From Squalus acanthias (taxonomy: Eukaryota), in contig JASTWF010000033.1 in NCBI GenBank assembly GCA_030390025.1, positions 3,536,001 through 3,600,000 on the forward strand: 64,000 nt of DNA, given 5' to 3'. Shown in pieces: positions 26,833-38,355 of this stretch. The notes below the pieces were generated by a model. That model worked only from the letters and a program-made list of their open reading frames with translations. It had not been told where the DNA came from and searched no databases. Every line of letters begins with the position of its first letter. The stretch's first letter is position 1. The position numbers and the translations under genes are program-made.

Positions 26833-29800
26833 TAGAAAACGGTCTATTTCTGTTTTAAATTTATTTAATGAAGTAGCTTCCACAGCTTCCTGGGGTAGCA
26901 AATTCCACAGACCCACTACCCTCTGAGTGAAAAAGTTTCTCCTCATCTCAGTTTTGAAAGAGCAGCCCCTTATTCTAAGATTATGTCCCCTAGTTCTAGT
27001 TTCGACCATCATTGGGAACATCCTCACCGCGTCCACCCGATCAAGCGCCTTCACAATCTTATATTTTTCAATAAGATCGCCTCTCATTCTTCTGAACTCC
27101 AATGAGTAGAGTCCCAAACTACTCAACCTCTCCTCGTATGTCCACCCCCTCATCCCTGGAATTAACCGAGTGAACCTTCTTTGTACTGCCTCGAGAGCAA
27201 GTATGTATTTTCTTAAGTGTGGACACCAAAACTGTATGCAGTACTCCAGGTGCGGCCTCACCAATACCCTATACAACAGCAGCAATACCTCCCTGCTTTT
27301 ATATTCTATCCCCCTAGCAATAAAAGCCAACATTCCATTGGCTTTCTTGATCACCTGCTGCACCTGCATACTAACTTTTTGGTTTTCTTGCACAAGGACC
27401 CCCAGATCCCTTTGTACTGCAGTACTTTCCAGTTTCTCGCCATTAAGATAATAACTTGCTCTCTGATTTTTCCTGCCAAAGTGCATAACCTCACATTTTC
27501 CAATATTGTATTGCATCTGCCAAATCTCTGCCCACTCACCCAGCCTGTCTATTTCCCCTTGTAGGTTTATATGTCCTCCTCATTCTCTACTTTCCCTCCC
27601 ATCTATGTATCATCTGCAAACTTTGATATGTTACACTCGGTCCCCTCCTCCAAATCGTTAATATAGATTGTAAAGAGTTGGGGACCCAGCACCGACCCCT
27701 GCGGAACACCACTGGCTACTGGTTGGCAGTCCGAGAATGAACCATTTATCCGAACTCTCTGCTTCCTGTTAGATAACCAATCCTCCACCCATGCCAGAAT
27801 ATTACCCCCAATCTGTTGATTTTTTATCTTGAGTAATAATCTTTTATGTGGCACCTTGTCGAATGCTTTCTGGAAGTCTAAATACATTACATCCACTGGT
27901 TGCCCTTTATCCACCCTGTACGTTATGTCCTCAAAGAACGCGATCAAATTTGTCAGACATGACTTCACCTTCATAAAGCCATGCTGACTTTGTCCCATTA
28001 AATGATATTTATCTAAATGTTGCGTTACTGTCTCCTTAATAGTAGACACCAAAATCTTACCCACCACAGATGTTAGGCTAACTGGTCTATAATTTCCAGC
28101 CTTCTGCCTACAACCCTTTTTAAATAAGGGTGTTACATTAGCAGTTTTCCAATCTGCCGGGACCTTTGCTGAATTCAGGGAGTTTTGGAAAATTATTACC
28201 AAAGCATCCACAATTCCTACGGCTACTTCCCTCAATACCCTAGGATGTAAGCCATCAGGTCCAGGGGATTTATCCGCCTTCAGTCCCATTATTTTACTGA
28301 GTACCAATTCCTTAGTGATTTTAATTGTATTTAGCTCATCCCCCACTAGAGCCCCCTGTTTGTCCAGGTTTGGGATATTCTTAGTGTCCTCTACCGGAAA
28401 GACTGAAACAAAATATTTGTTTCGCATTTTTGGCATCTCCATGTTTCCCACCATTAATTTCCCGGTCTCATCCTCTAAGGGACCTACGTTTGCCTTAACC
28501 ACCCTTTTTCTTTTTATATAACTATAGAAACTCTTGCTAACTGTTTTTATATTTTTCGCTAATTTATTTTCATAGTCTATTTTCCCATTCTTAATCAATC
28601 CTTTAGTTACTTTTTGTTGTCTTTTGAAGACTTCCCAATCTTCTATCCTCCCACTAACTTTGGCTACCTTATATGTCCTTGTTTTTAGTTGGATACTTTC
28701 TTTAATTTCTTTACTTAGCCATGGATGGCTGTCATTTCTTTTACACCCTTTTTTCCTCAGTGGAATATATTTATTTTGAAAGTTGTAAAATAACTCCTTG
28801 AATGAACACCACTGCTCATGTACCGTCTTACCCTTTAATCTATTTTCCCAGTCCACTTTAATCAATTCTGCTCTCATACCATCATAATCTCCTTTATTCA
28901 AGCTCAGTATGCTTGTTTGAGAACCAACTTTCTCACCCTCTAATTGGATGTGGAATTCAACCATGTTATGGTCACTCATTCCAAGGGGATCCTTAACTAG
29001 GACATTATTAATTAATCCTGACTCATTACACAGGGCCAGGTCCAAGGTTACTTGCACCCTTGTAGGATCAGTTACATACTGCTCAAGAAATCCATCCCTA
29101 AGACACTGAATAAACTCTTCCTCAAGGCTGCCCTTCCCAATTTGATTTGTCCAGTTAATATGATAGTTAAAATCCCCCATAAATATAGCTGTTCTCTTGT
29201 TACATGCCCCAACTATTTCCTGATTAATACTTCTTCCAACAGAGTTGCAACTATTAGTAGGCCTGTATACTACGCCCACCAGTGTTTTTTCCCCTTTTTA
29301 TTCCTTATCTCTACCCAAACTTTTTCATTATCCTGATCTTTTGACCCAATATCCTTTCTCTGTATTACAGTGATTGCTTCCTTTATTAACATAGCCACTC
29401 CACCTCCCCTTCCTTCCTGCCTGTCCTTCCTGATTGTTAAATACCCTGGCATATTTAATTCGCAAACGTTGTAACCCTGCAGCCATGTTTCTGTAATGGC
29501 CACAAGATCATACACATACATAGTTATTTGTGCCGTTAACTCATCAATTTTCTTACGAATGCTACGTGCATTCAGAAAAAGAACTTTCAAATGTGTTTTG
29601 TGACACTTACTTCCTGCTTTTTCCTTATTTAACACTTTATCTTTTACTCCATACCTTCTGTCCCTTCCTGACATGCTTTCCTCTGTCTCCCTGCTCAGGT
29701 TCCCAACCCCCTGCCACATTAGTTTAAATCCTCCCCAACAGCACTAGCAAACACGCCCCCTAGGACAGTGGGACCGGCCCTGCCCAGATGCAGACCTTCC

Positions 29801-30610
29801 GTTTTGTACTGCTCCCACCTCCCCCAGAACCCGTTCCAATGTCCCAGGAATTTAAATCCCTCCCCCTTGCACCATTCCTCTAGCCACGTATTCATTTGAA
29901 ATATCCTCCTATTTCTACTCTGACTAGCACGTGGCACTGGTAGCAATCCTGAGATTACTACCTTTGAGGTCCTATTTTTTAAATTTACCTCCTAACTCTC
30001 TATATTCTGCATTTAGGACCTCATCCCGTTTTTTACCTATATCGTTGGTGCCTATGTGCACCACGACAGCTCGCCGTTCGCCCTCCCCCTCCAAAATGTT
30101 CTGTAGCCGCTCTGAGATGTCCTTGACCCTTGCACCAGTGACGAAACACACCATCCTGGAGTCTCGGTTGCGGCCGCAGAAACGCCGATCTATTCCCCTT
30201 ACAATTGAGTCCCCTATCACTATAGCTCTGCCACTCTTTTTCCTCCCAGCCTGTGCAGCAGAGCCGGCCATGGTGCCAGGAAGTTGGCTGCTGCTGCCTT
30301 CCCCTGCTAAGTCATCCCCCCCAACAGTATCCAAAGCGATATATCTGTTTGAGAGGGGGATGGCCACAGGGGACCCCTGCACTACCTGCCTGCACCTCCT
30401 ACTCTGCCTGGTGGTCACCCATTCCCTTCCTGCCTGTACACCCTTCACCTGCGGTGTGACCAACTCTCTAAACGTGCTATCCACGAGGTTCTCAGCACCG
30501 CGAATGCTCCAATATGCATCCAGCCGCAGCTCCAGCGCTGCAATGCGGGCTGTCAGTAGCTGCAGCTGGATACACTTCCCGCACACATGGTCGTCAGTGA
30601 CACCGGAAGG
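26833..30610 (-). mobile_element. Near full-length CR1 LINE (ORF1 about 29719-30586; ORF2 about 26833-29600), frameshifted, 3' tail missing
   Basis: The 558-aa ORF 27603-29279 spans APE to FADD; ORF1 has GDSIVRG and HIGTND. Confidence 0.97.
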
Positions 30611-31061
30611 GGAAGAATTTCTGAAGAGTGTTCTGATTGAGTGTTTGATGAATTAAGGCCTGCTTTTACCAGCTTAAGTGTGTTGAAGAATAGAAAAATT
30701 CAATTTGATAACTCATTTTTAAATTAAAAATACTCTTCAAAGAGGGACGTTTATTTTTAGCCCCGTAAAAATATTTTTTTTTCAAAAAAATAAAATGTTT
30801 GTATAAAATATTTAATTAAATTGAATTTGAATTAATTTTAATAAAGTAATGTATTTTTAAAAATGTAATTACTGTTTTAGTGTGTTTTTAACTGTGATAC
30901 CGATTCATACTTTTGACAGTTCTGTGCGGACAGAACTCTCAAAAGGATGAAGGGGGATTCCCTTCTTTGATTGGTTCGCCTGCCCACGTGATCCCAGGGA
31001 TACTTGCGAACCGCATGCGCCCCTGGGATACCTGGGCCTCTGCGCATTTCCAACAGGAGAG

Positions 31062-31222
31062 TCTTCTCTTCTTAGGCAGTCCCTCGGAACCGAGGATGAC
31101 TTGCTTCCACATTAAAAATGAGTTCTCAAGGTGACTGATGAGTCCAATGCGAGCCATGAGGGTCCTGACGTTCCAGGTCCCGAAGTTCATTTGAAAGGGT
31201 GGAAGATGCCTGTGCAAACGTG
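31062..31222 (-). mobile_element. RTE-like LINE 5' fragment
   Basis: Minus strand encodes MNFGTWNVRTLM, an APE N-terminal motif. Confidence 0.55.
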
Positions 31223-31339
31223 TGCCAGGATCAGAAGCCTCGGGATCTATGGGACCAGCAGGTAGGTTCGTAGATTTTTTTCTGATCGGAGGCATCTGCC
31301 CGCAGGAAGCCTCCGATCGGAAATTCAGGGCCAATGTTT

Positions 31340-33185
31340 TTCTCACTGGAGAGAGGTGTGCATTTGTGACCCCAGGGATCGGTATTGAGAGCACTGCTCG
31401 TTTTATATATATTAATGACTTGGACTTGGGTATACAGTGCATAATTTCAAAGCTTGAAGATGACAAGAAAATCATAAAAGTTGTCAATATTGAGGAGGTT
31501 AGTGTTAGAATTCAGGAGGACAGAGACAGACTAGTGCAGTACGCAGACACATGGGAGATGAAATATAACGCAGAGAAGTGTGAATCGATGCATTTTGGAA
31601 AAAATAATTGGGAGATGCAATATAAACTATATGGTACAATTTTATAGTAGGTGCAGGCACAGAAAAAACAGAAGGGTATACGTACATAAATCTTTAAAGG
31701 TGGCAGGACTAGTTGTTCAGAAAGTATACAGGGTTTTGTGCTTGTTAAATAGAAGCAGAGGAATATAGGAACCGAGGAACAGGAGTAGGCCATTCATCTC
31801 CTGGAGCCTGTTCTGACATTCAATTCGATCATGGTGGATCTGTATCTCAACTCCATCTACCCACCTTGGTTCCGTAATCCTAAATACCCTTCCCTAACAA
31901 TCTATCAATCTCAGTTTTGAAATTTTCAATTGACCGTAACCTCAACAGATTTTTGAGGGCGAGTGTTCCAGATTTCCACTACCATTTGTGTGAAGAAATG
32001 CTTTCTAACATCATCCCTGAACGGCTTAGCTGTGCTTTGAGGTTAACCCCATTCTTCTGGATTCCTGCACCAGAGGAAATAGTTTGTCTCTTTCAATCCT
32101 ATCAATTCCTTTGATTATCTTAAACACCTCAATTAGATTCCCCCTTATTCGTGTTTATACACAAGGGAATACAAACGTTGTCTATGCATTCAGTTCTCAT
32201 AACTTAATAATTTTAGCCCTTGTGTCATTCTGGTGAATCTCAGCTGCAACTTCTACAAGGCCACTATATCCTTCCTGAGGTCCAGTGCCCAGAACTTGAC
32301 ACATAAATCACAATGGGGTCTAACCAGAGCTCTGTACAGGTGCAGCAGAACTTCTCGCTGTTTGTATTCCAGCACATGAGATAAAGGCCAACATTCCATT
32401 TCACTGTTGACTTATTTTTTGCACCGATTGACTATCATGTAGTGATTGCCGTACTTGGAGCCCTATCTCTCTCTGCTCATCCACAGTTCCGAGCTTCTCG
32501 CCATCTAGAAAATACTCTGATCTCTCTTTTTCAGGTCCAAAGTGATGGAGCTCACACTTTCCCACATTGATCTCCATCTGCCACAGTTTTGCCCAGAGAG
32601 TGCAAAATCAAGGGCGTTAGGCTCAACCTTCATCAGTCACTGGCGTCAGCTGGAGTATTGTATCCAATTCTATCGCCGCACTTGAAGAAGGCTGTCAAGG
32701 CCTTGGAGAGGATGCAGAGGACATTTACTGAAATGGTAACAAGGATGAGGAACTTCAGTTACAGGGAGAGCCCAGAGGAGCTGGAATCGTTCTCCTTGAA
32801 GAAGAGAAGTTTGAGGGGAAATTTAATAGAGGTGTTAAAAATCATGAAGCTTTTTTGACAGAGTAAATCAGGGGAAACTGTTTCCACTGGCAGAAGGGTC
32901 GGTAAACAGAGGACACAGATTTAATATAATTGGCAAAAGAGGTGAGATGAGGAGAGATGTTTTTAGGTATCAGGTAATTATGATTTGAAATGCGCTGCCT
33001 GAAAGGGTGGAAGCAGAAGCAATAGCAACTTTTAAAAGGGAGTTGGATAAATAATTGAAGGGGAGATAATCGTGGTGCTCAGGGGTAAGAGCGGGGGTGT
33101 GGGACTAATTGGATTGTTCTTTCAAAGAGCCGGTCCAGGCTCAATAGGCCGAATGGCCCCCTTCTCTGCTGGATGATTCTATGAT
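31340..33185. mobile_element. Old CR1 fragments in both orientations
   Basis: Degenerate YINDLD...KCE..HFG text and 3' UTR text; a minus-strand copy occupies about 31765-32595. Confidence 0.8.
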
Positions 33186-33462
33186 AGCGACCCCTTATTC
33201 TTTGTTCCGAAACGTGTAATAAACGACATATAAACTGGAATAACATTTACAGCAGCAGAATGTTCGAGTGTGAAATAGTATTTGGAAGTTTCATTCCGTT
33301 AAATGACGCAACTCCCAGTAAATCTATTTCTGAAAAAAAACTTGATACCTGTCCATTTTTGTTATGTTAACTTGCCAGTATCTTTGAACTACTGCACAAA
33401 TAAATATTAATTTCTGTAAATTAAAAGACAATAATGGTCCTCAGTATATTCCGGGTCCTTAC

Positions 33463-33543
33463 CTGGTGCTGCTAATCCTGATTCTGGTTCCACAGAGTCC
33501 GGGTAAGTTGGTGCTGTGAGTTCTGCAGGTTAATGCACACACC
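33463..33543 (-). other. Candidate non-coding exon, 81 bp
   Basis: Acceptor taactgatctctacccAG and donor cagGTaagg, within a unique non-repeat island. Confidence 0.4.
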
Positions 33544-33730
33544 CTGGGTAGAGATCAGTTACACATCACAGTTATAAACACCACCTTCAGCCTGATCAGT
33601 ACAATCCCTCCCCGCCCTGTTCTCTGGAGCAGGGCTCGATCAGAATCACACACGGGCTCATTCAGTTCGAATTGTTCTGATAATTGCTGACCTTTGACCC
33701 AGAGTCATTAATCCTCTGTGTGGTAACAAT

Positions 33731-33751
33731 GACTACATTTCCCCACAGGCC
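33731..33751 (+). promoter_or_regulatory. ACTACAnnTCCC (ZNF143/THAP11-type) promoter motif
   Basis: gACTACAttTCCCcacaggcc, about 190 bp upstream of the candidate minus-strand exon. Confidence 0.4.
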
Positions 33752-33934
33752 TTCCATCTGCGGTTCAGAAGACCCCGCAGTGAAACCGTGTCCTGTAGCG
33801 GGAATCAGTTTCTGATCCTCAATTAGATTTCATTATTCACCATAAAACCTCTTCATTATAAGGGCAGTTAGAAAGATTAACTGTAGTCGCCTGGCATTGT
33901 TCTCTGACTATTTATGCTGTGCCCATATGTATTT

Positions 33935-34025
33935 CTTCACTTCACCTGACGAAGGAGCAGCACTCCGAATGTTTATGATTTCAAATAAAGCTGTTGGACT
34001 ATAACCTGGTGTTGTGCGACTTCTC
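33935..34025 (+). mobile_element. Penelope-type terminal repeat fragment (second family) with a degenerate hammerhead
   Basis: CTGACGA-A-GGAG cagca CTCC-GAAt, followed by aataaa. Confidence 0.55.
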
Positions 34026-34799
34026 TCTTTATTATCGGACAGACATGGCTAGTGACAAAGTTCGCTGATAATACTCTCCAGCTAAAACCCTCTAGTTAAT
34101 GAGTAACAGTCTCGGCCTTGATCAGGCTCCGGGTTTCAATAACTGGAACTGAATCTTTAAATTTGTGCGGTAAACAAGTGAAAATCTGCTTCACCGGCCT
34201 GCTAACTTTTAGTGATCGTGATTTAATTGCACATTTTCATATATTCTTTATTTTCACAGATTGGGAGCGGATTCAATTGTCTATAAGACTGGGAAACTCT
34301 GAACATTATTTGATAATCTAAATAGTATTTGTTTTTAATATAAATATTAAAAGTTCAGGCTAGCTCTTGCGACTGCTCCGTGTCTCATTCCCCTTCCTGC
34401 TTCTCTGTGCTGCCGCTCCCAGTCTGTTTACAGCTCCCCCTGCTCCGTGTCTGAAACCCCTGCCTTTTACCTGTCGGCTTCCCCCACCTGTGCTGTGCCC
34501 GCTCGTTAATGTTTGCTTCCCTCCCCCACCGGTTCCATATCTGTTTCTCCCCGTGTTTCCATTCCTATCAGCTCTATGTCTGATTCTGTCGTGTCTTCCA
34601 TTATCAGATGCACTTTCCCACCCAGCTGTTACATGGCTGAATGTCCCCCCGCATCTGTAACTGTTTCCAACTCTACAACCTTCCTCCACCCTAACTCTCT
34701 CCTAACCCATTATTCATTCCCCCTCCCCTCCCACCTGCTGCAATATTAATTTTAATCTTGCTCTTCCTTTCCTCCTATCGGGCCCGATATTCCCTCATC

Positions 34800-36865
34800 C
34801 GTGAGTACAACAGTAGAGAGGTTAAGCTGAACCTTTATAAAGCGCTGGTAAGGCCACAACTGGAGTATTGCGTCCAGTTTTGGTCACCACACTTTAGGAA
34901 GGATGTGAAGGCCCTTGAGAGGATGCAGAAAAAAATTACGAGAATAATTCCAGGGATGAGGAACTTCAGTTACGTGGATAGACTGGGAAAGCTGGGGTTG
35001 TTCTCCTTACAGCAGAGAAGTTTGAGAGGAAATTTGATCGAGGTGTTCAAAATCATGAAGGGTCTTGACAGAGTAGAGAGAGAGAAACTGTTTCCATTGG
35101 CAGAAGGGTCGAGACCAGAAGACACAGAGTTAAGATGATTGGCAAAAGAACCAAAGGCACTGTAATATTCTCAAAATTCACAGAAAACCCAAAACTCGAA
35201 GACAAACCCTAAGGAAAAGGACTTTGGACTCTTTTCTAACTATTTCAGGGTGGTGAAGTGCATTGGGGCTAACCGAAGGACATTTTAGAGCAAAAACCAA
35301 GATTTGGTATTTTGAAAGATATGTCTGGACTTGGAAGGGAAAAAAGGCTGTTAAGGAAGTTGGGTTAACCTCTGTACAGACAGTTTGGATATTGGAATTA
35401 ATGCATACTGTTTGGGGAACCGCATGACCTCACTTGGAGTTAATCGGCCCCCATTAGACATGAACATCCTAACAATAAACCCGAGGAAGAGCAGTCTCCA
35501 CCCAAATTACAGGACCCATTAAAACATGCATAAAATAGATCACTGAGTCCCACTCTATAGAAATCCCAGGCCCAGTCAAGAAACTCAAAACCTGAGAACA
35601 ATCAACTACAATCAAGCAGCAGATCGACAGGATGGAGCCATCCTGAAACTACTTCACACGTTAACCAGCAAGTTACTATTGACGAGCCTGCCAAAATCTT
35701 ACAATGACCGGGTTTTTAATTTGGCGCGCAGATAAGGAAGCTTTCACGGGCGCGTTCATCGCAACACCGTTCTCCAGTACCACCGTTCAACGTTACATGT
35801 CTAGCCAACAGGTCGACAGCTGGAAAACAAGACCGTTCAACAAAGGAGGCCAATAGCTCCAGAAGTAGGCCGACAAGTGGAAGAAACCAGAGCGACCGCC
35901 TCAGTGACCAGCGGACACCTCGCGGCAACAAGGGCCTCATGAAACAACCAACCGAACATTACCACCAATATTGGGCCACCACGACCAAAGAAAACCAACT
36001 CGGAGAAAAACCGAAGATCGGCAAAGTTTCCACTCTACAATCTGTTCCTGACTTACCCCTGGGTAAGATTTTACCCAAAAGACTCTAACCCTACCTCTAA
36101 CCAAAGAAAAGTGGGTACTCACCTGATAGATCCAATACATACCCTACCGCATCAGCAGACTCGCGAAAACTGACCAGCTACGCAGCTGAAGTCCTCTACC
36201 GCGTCCGGGGTACAGCAGACACCAACCAACTTATACAGCGAACCCCAAAACCGCGAACTAGCTCAACTGTCAATGATAAGTTTGGTGAGAATCATCCCTG
36301 GTCCTCTAGAGTCCACTTTAGCTAGTAAAGATGGATTGGGAGGGGTGAGGTATTCTTCTAATGTGATTTTCCCTCGTATGTACCGAAGTGTTCCCCCATT
36401 TTATTACAGTGTTAAGATTGTTGTGTTGTATTTTACTCTCTTGAATAAAAATAAAAAGTTCTTGCACCAAAACCAGTTGTCTGCTGCACTTTTGTCACAA
36501 CCCCCAAATAAGTCCAAGGTCTAGAACCAAGGCTGTTGGAGCGATTCGAACCGCTCAGAAGTCAGAGGTGAAGCTGACACACACCACCACCCCCTACAGC
36601 GACATGAGGAAAACTTTTTTACGCAGCGAGTGGTTAGGATCTGGAATGCACTGCCTGAAAGTATGGTGGAGGTAGATTCAATCACGGCTTTCCAAAAGGG
36701 AGTTGGATAAGTACCTGAAAGAAAAAGAAACATTTGCAGGGCTACGGGGAAAGGGCGGGTGAGTGGGACTAGATGAGGTGCTCTTGCAGAGAGCCGGCAC
36801 GGGCTCGACGGGACGAATGGCCTTCTTCCGTGCTGTGACCGTTCTGTTGTTCTATGATTCTATGA
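34800..36865 (+). mobile_element. CR1 3' fragment split by a solo LTR
   Basis: ORF 34758-35138 (RPQLEYCVQFWSP); the element continues at 36599 (gcgacatgaggaaaac) to the tail. Confidence 0.9.
35161..36598 (+). mobile_element. Solo LTR, about 1.44 kb, related to 20788-21966
   Basis: TGTA...TACA termini; interrupts a CR1; AATAAA at 36444; the last ~100 bp align with the reverse complement of 20788-20890. Confidence 0.85.
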
Positions 36866-38190
36866 ACAAGGGTAGGCCGTTCAGCACCTCGAGCTTGTTA
36901 TATTGGAACAGAAGAAAGCCACTTAGGTCCTCGAGCCTGCTGCACAGGAACTGGGGTAGACCATTCAACCCCTCGAGCCTGCTGAACCGGAATATTTGTA
37001 GACCATTCCATCCATCGATCCTGTTGTAGAGAAATTTTCATCCCTGGAATCATTCTCGGAATATTTTTAGGCCATTCAGCCGCTCTAGCCTGCTATATAT
37101 GAACAGGGGTAGGGTAGTCATTCCATCGAGTCTGTTTCTTAGAAACAGCAGTAGGCCATTCAACCCATCGAACCAGTTACATATGAACATTGATTGGACA
37201 TTCAGTCCCTCAAGCCTGTTATATACGTAATGAAATCGGCAATTCAGAATCTTGAGCGTGTCACATAGGTACAGGAGTAGGCCATTGTTACATCGGACAA
37301 AGCCATTAAACCCCACAAGCCTGCTACGTAGGAAAATAAGTAGTTCATGAAGATCCTAAAGACAGGTATATAGCAAAGGGAGTGGGCCATTCAGTCCATT
37401 AAGCCTGTTACATAACAACAGGAGGCGGGCATTCAGGCCATCGAAGCTATTACATATGAACAGGAGGAAGTCAAAAGGACATCGAGCCTATTATATAGGA
37501 ACAGGAGGAGGCCATTCAGCCCCTCGAGCCTGTTACATAGGAACAGGAGGAGGCCATTCAGCCCCTCGAGCCTGTTACATAGGAACAGGAGGCGGTCATT
37601 CATGTCATCGAGCCTGTTATATAGGAACAGGAAGAGGCACATTCAGCCCCTCGAGCCTGTTACATAGGAACAGGAGGCGGTCATTTAGGCCATCGAGCCT
37701 GTTATATAGGAACAGGAGGAGGCCATTCAGCCCCTCGAGCCTGTTACATAGGGACAGGAGGAGGCCATTCAGCCCCTCGAGCCTGTTACATAGGAACAGG
37801 AGGAGGCCCATTCAGCCCCTCGAGCCTGTTACATAGGAACGGGAGGAGGCCATTCAGCCCCTCGAGCCTGATACATAGGAACAGGAGGAGCCCATTCAGC
37901 CCCTCGAGCCTGTTACATAGGAACAGGAGGCGGTCATTCAGGCCATCGAGCCTGTTATATAGGAACAGGAGGAGGTCATTCAGCCCCTCGAGCCTGTTAC
38001 ATAGGGACAGGAGGAGGACATTCAGCCCCTCGAGCCTGTTACATACGAACAGGAGGAGGCCCATTCAGCCCCTCGAGCCTGTTACATAGGAACAGGAAGA
38101 GGTCATTCAGCCCCTCTAGACTGTTACATAGGAACAGGAGGCGGTCATTCAGCCCCTTGAGCTTGTTATATAGGAACAGGAGGAGGTTAT
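36866..38190. repeat. 42-bp minisatellite (cattcagcccctcgagcctgttacataggaacaggaggaggc), derived from the CR1 tail
   Basis: Directly visible; degenerate on the left, homogeneous from about 37480. Confidence 0.9.
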
Positions 38191-38319
38191 TCCGCACTCA
38201 GCTAATTCCACCATTCATGTACGATAGCAAAATACTGCGGATGCAGGAAAATTGAAACAACAACAGAAAACGCTGGAAAAACTCAGCAGGCCAGGCAACA
38301 TCCGTGGAGAGAGAAACAT

Positions 38320-38355
38320 AGTTAACGTTTCAGGTCGAAACCCTTCGTCAGAACT
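38320..38355 (-). ncRNA. Minimal type I hammerhead ribozyme motif
   Basis: AGUU-CUGACGA-A-GGGU(UUCG)ACCU-GAAA-CGUU-AACU: complete core, stems I and II, and palindromic ACGU stem III. Confidence 0.7.

Noticed and set aside
33433..33507. Plus-strand leader-like stretch (YLVLLILILVPQSP then gtaag)
   Set aside because: No in-frame ATG, and no downstream V exon or recombination signal sequence seen.
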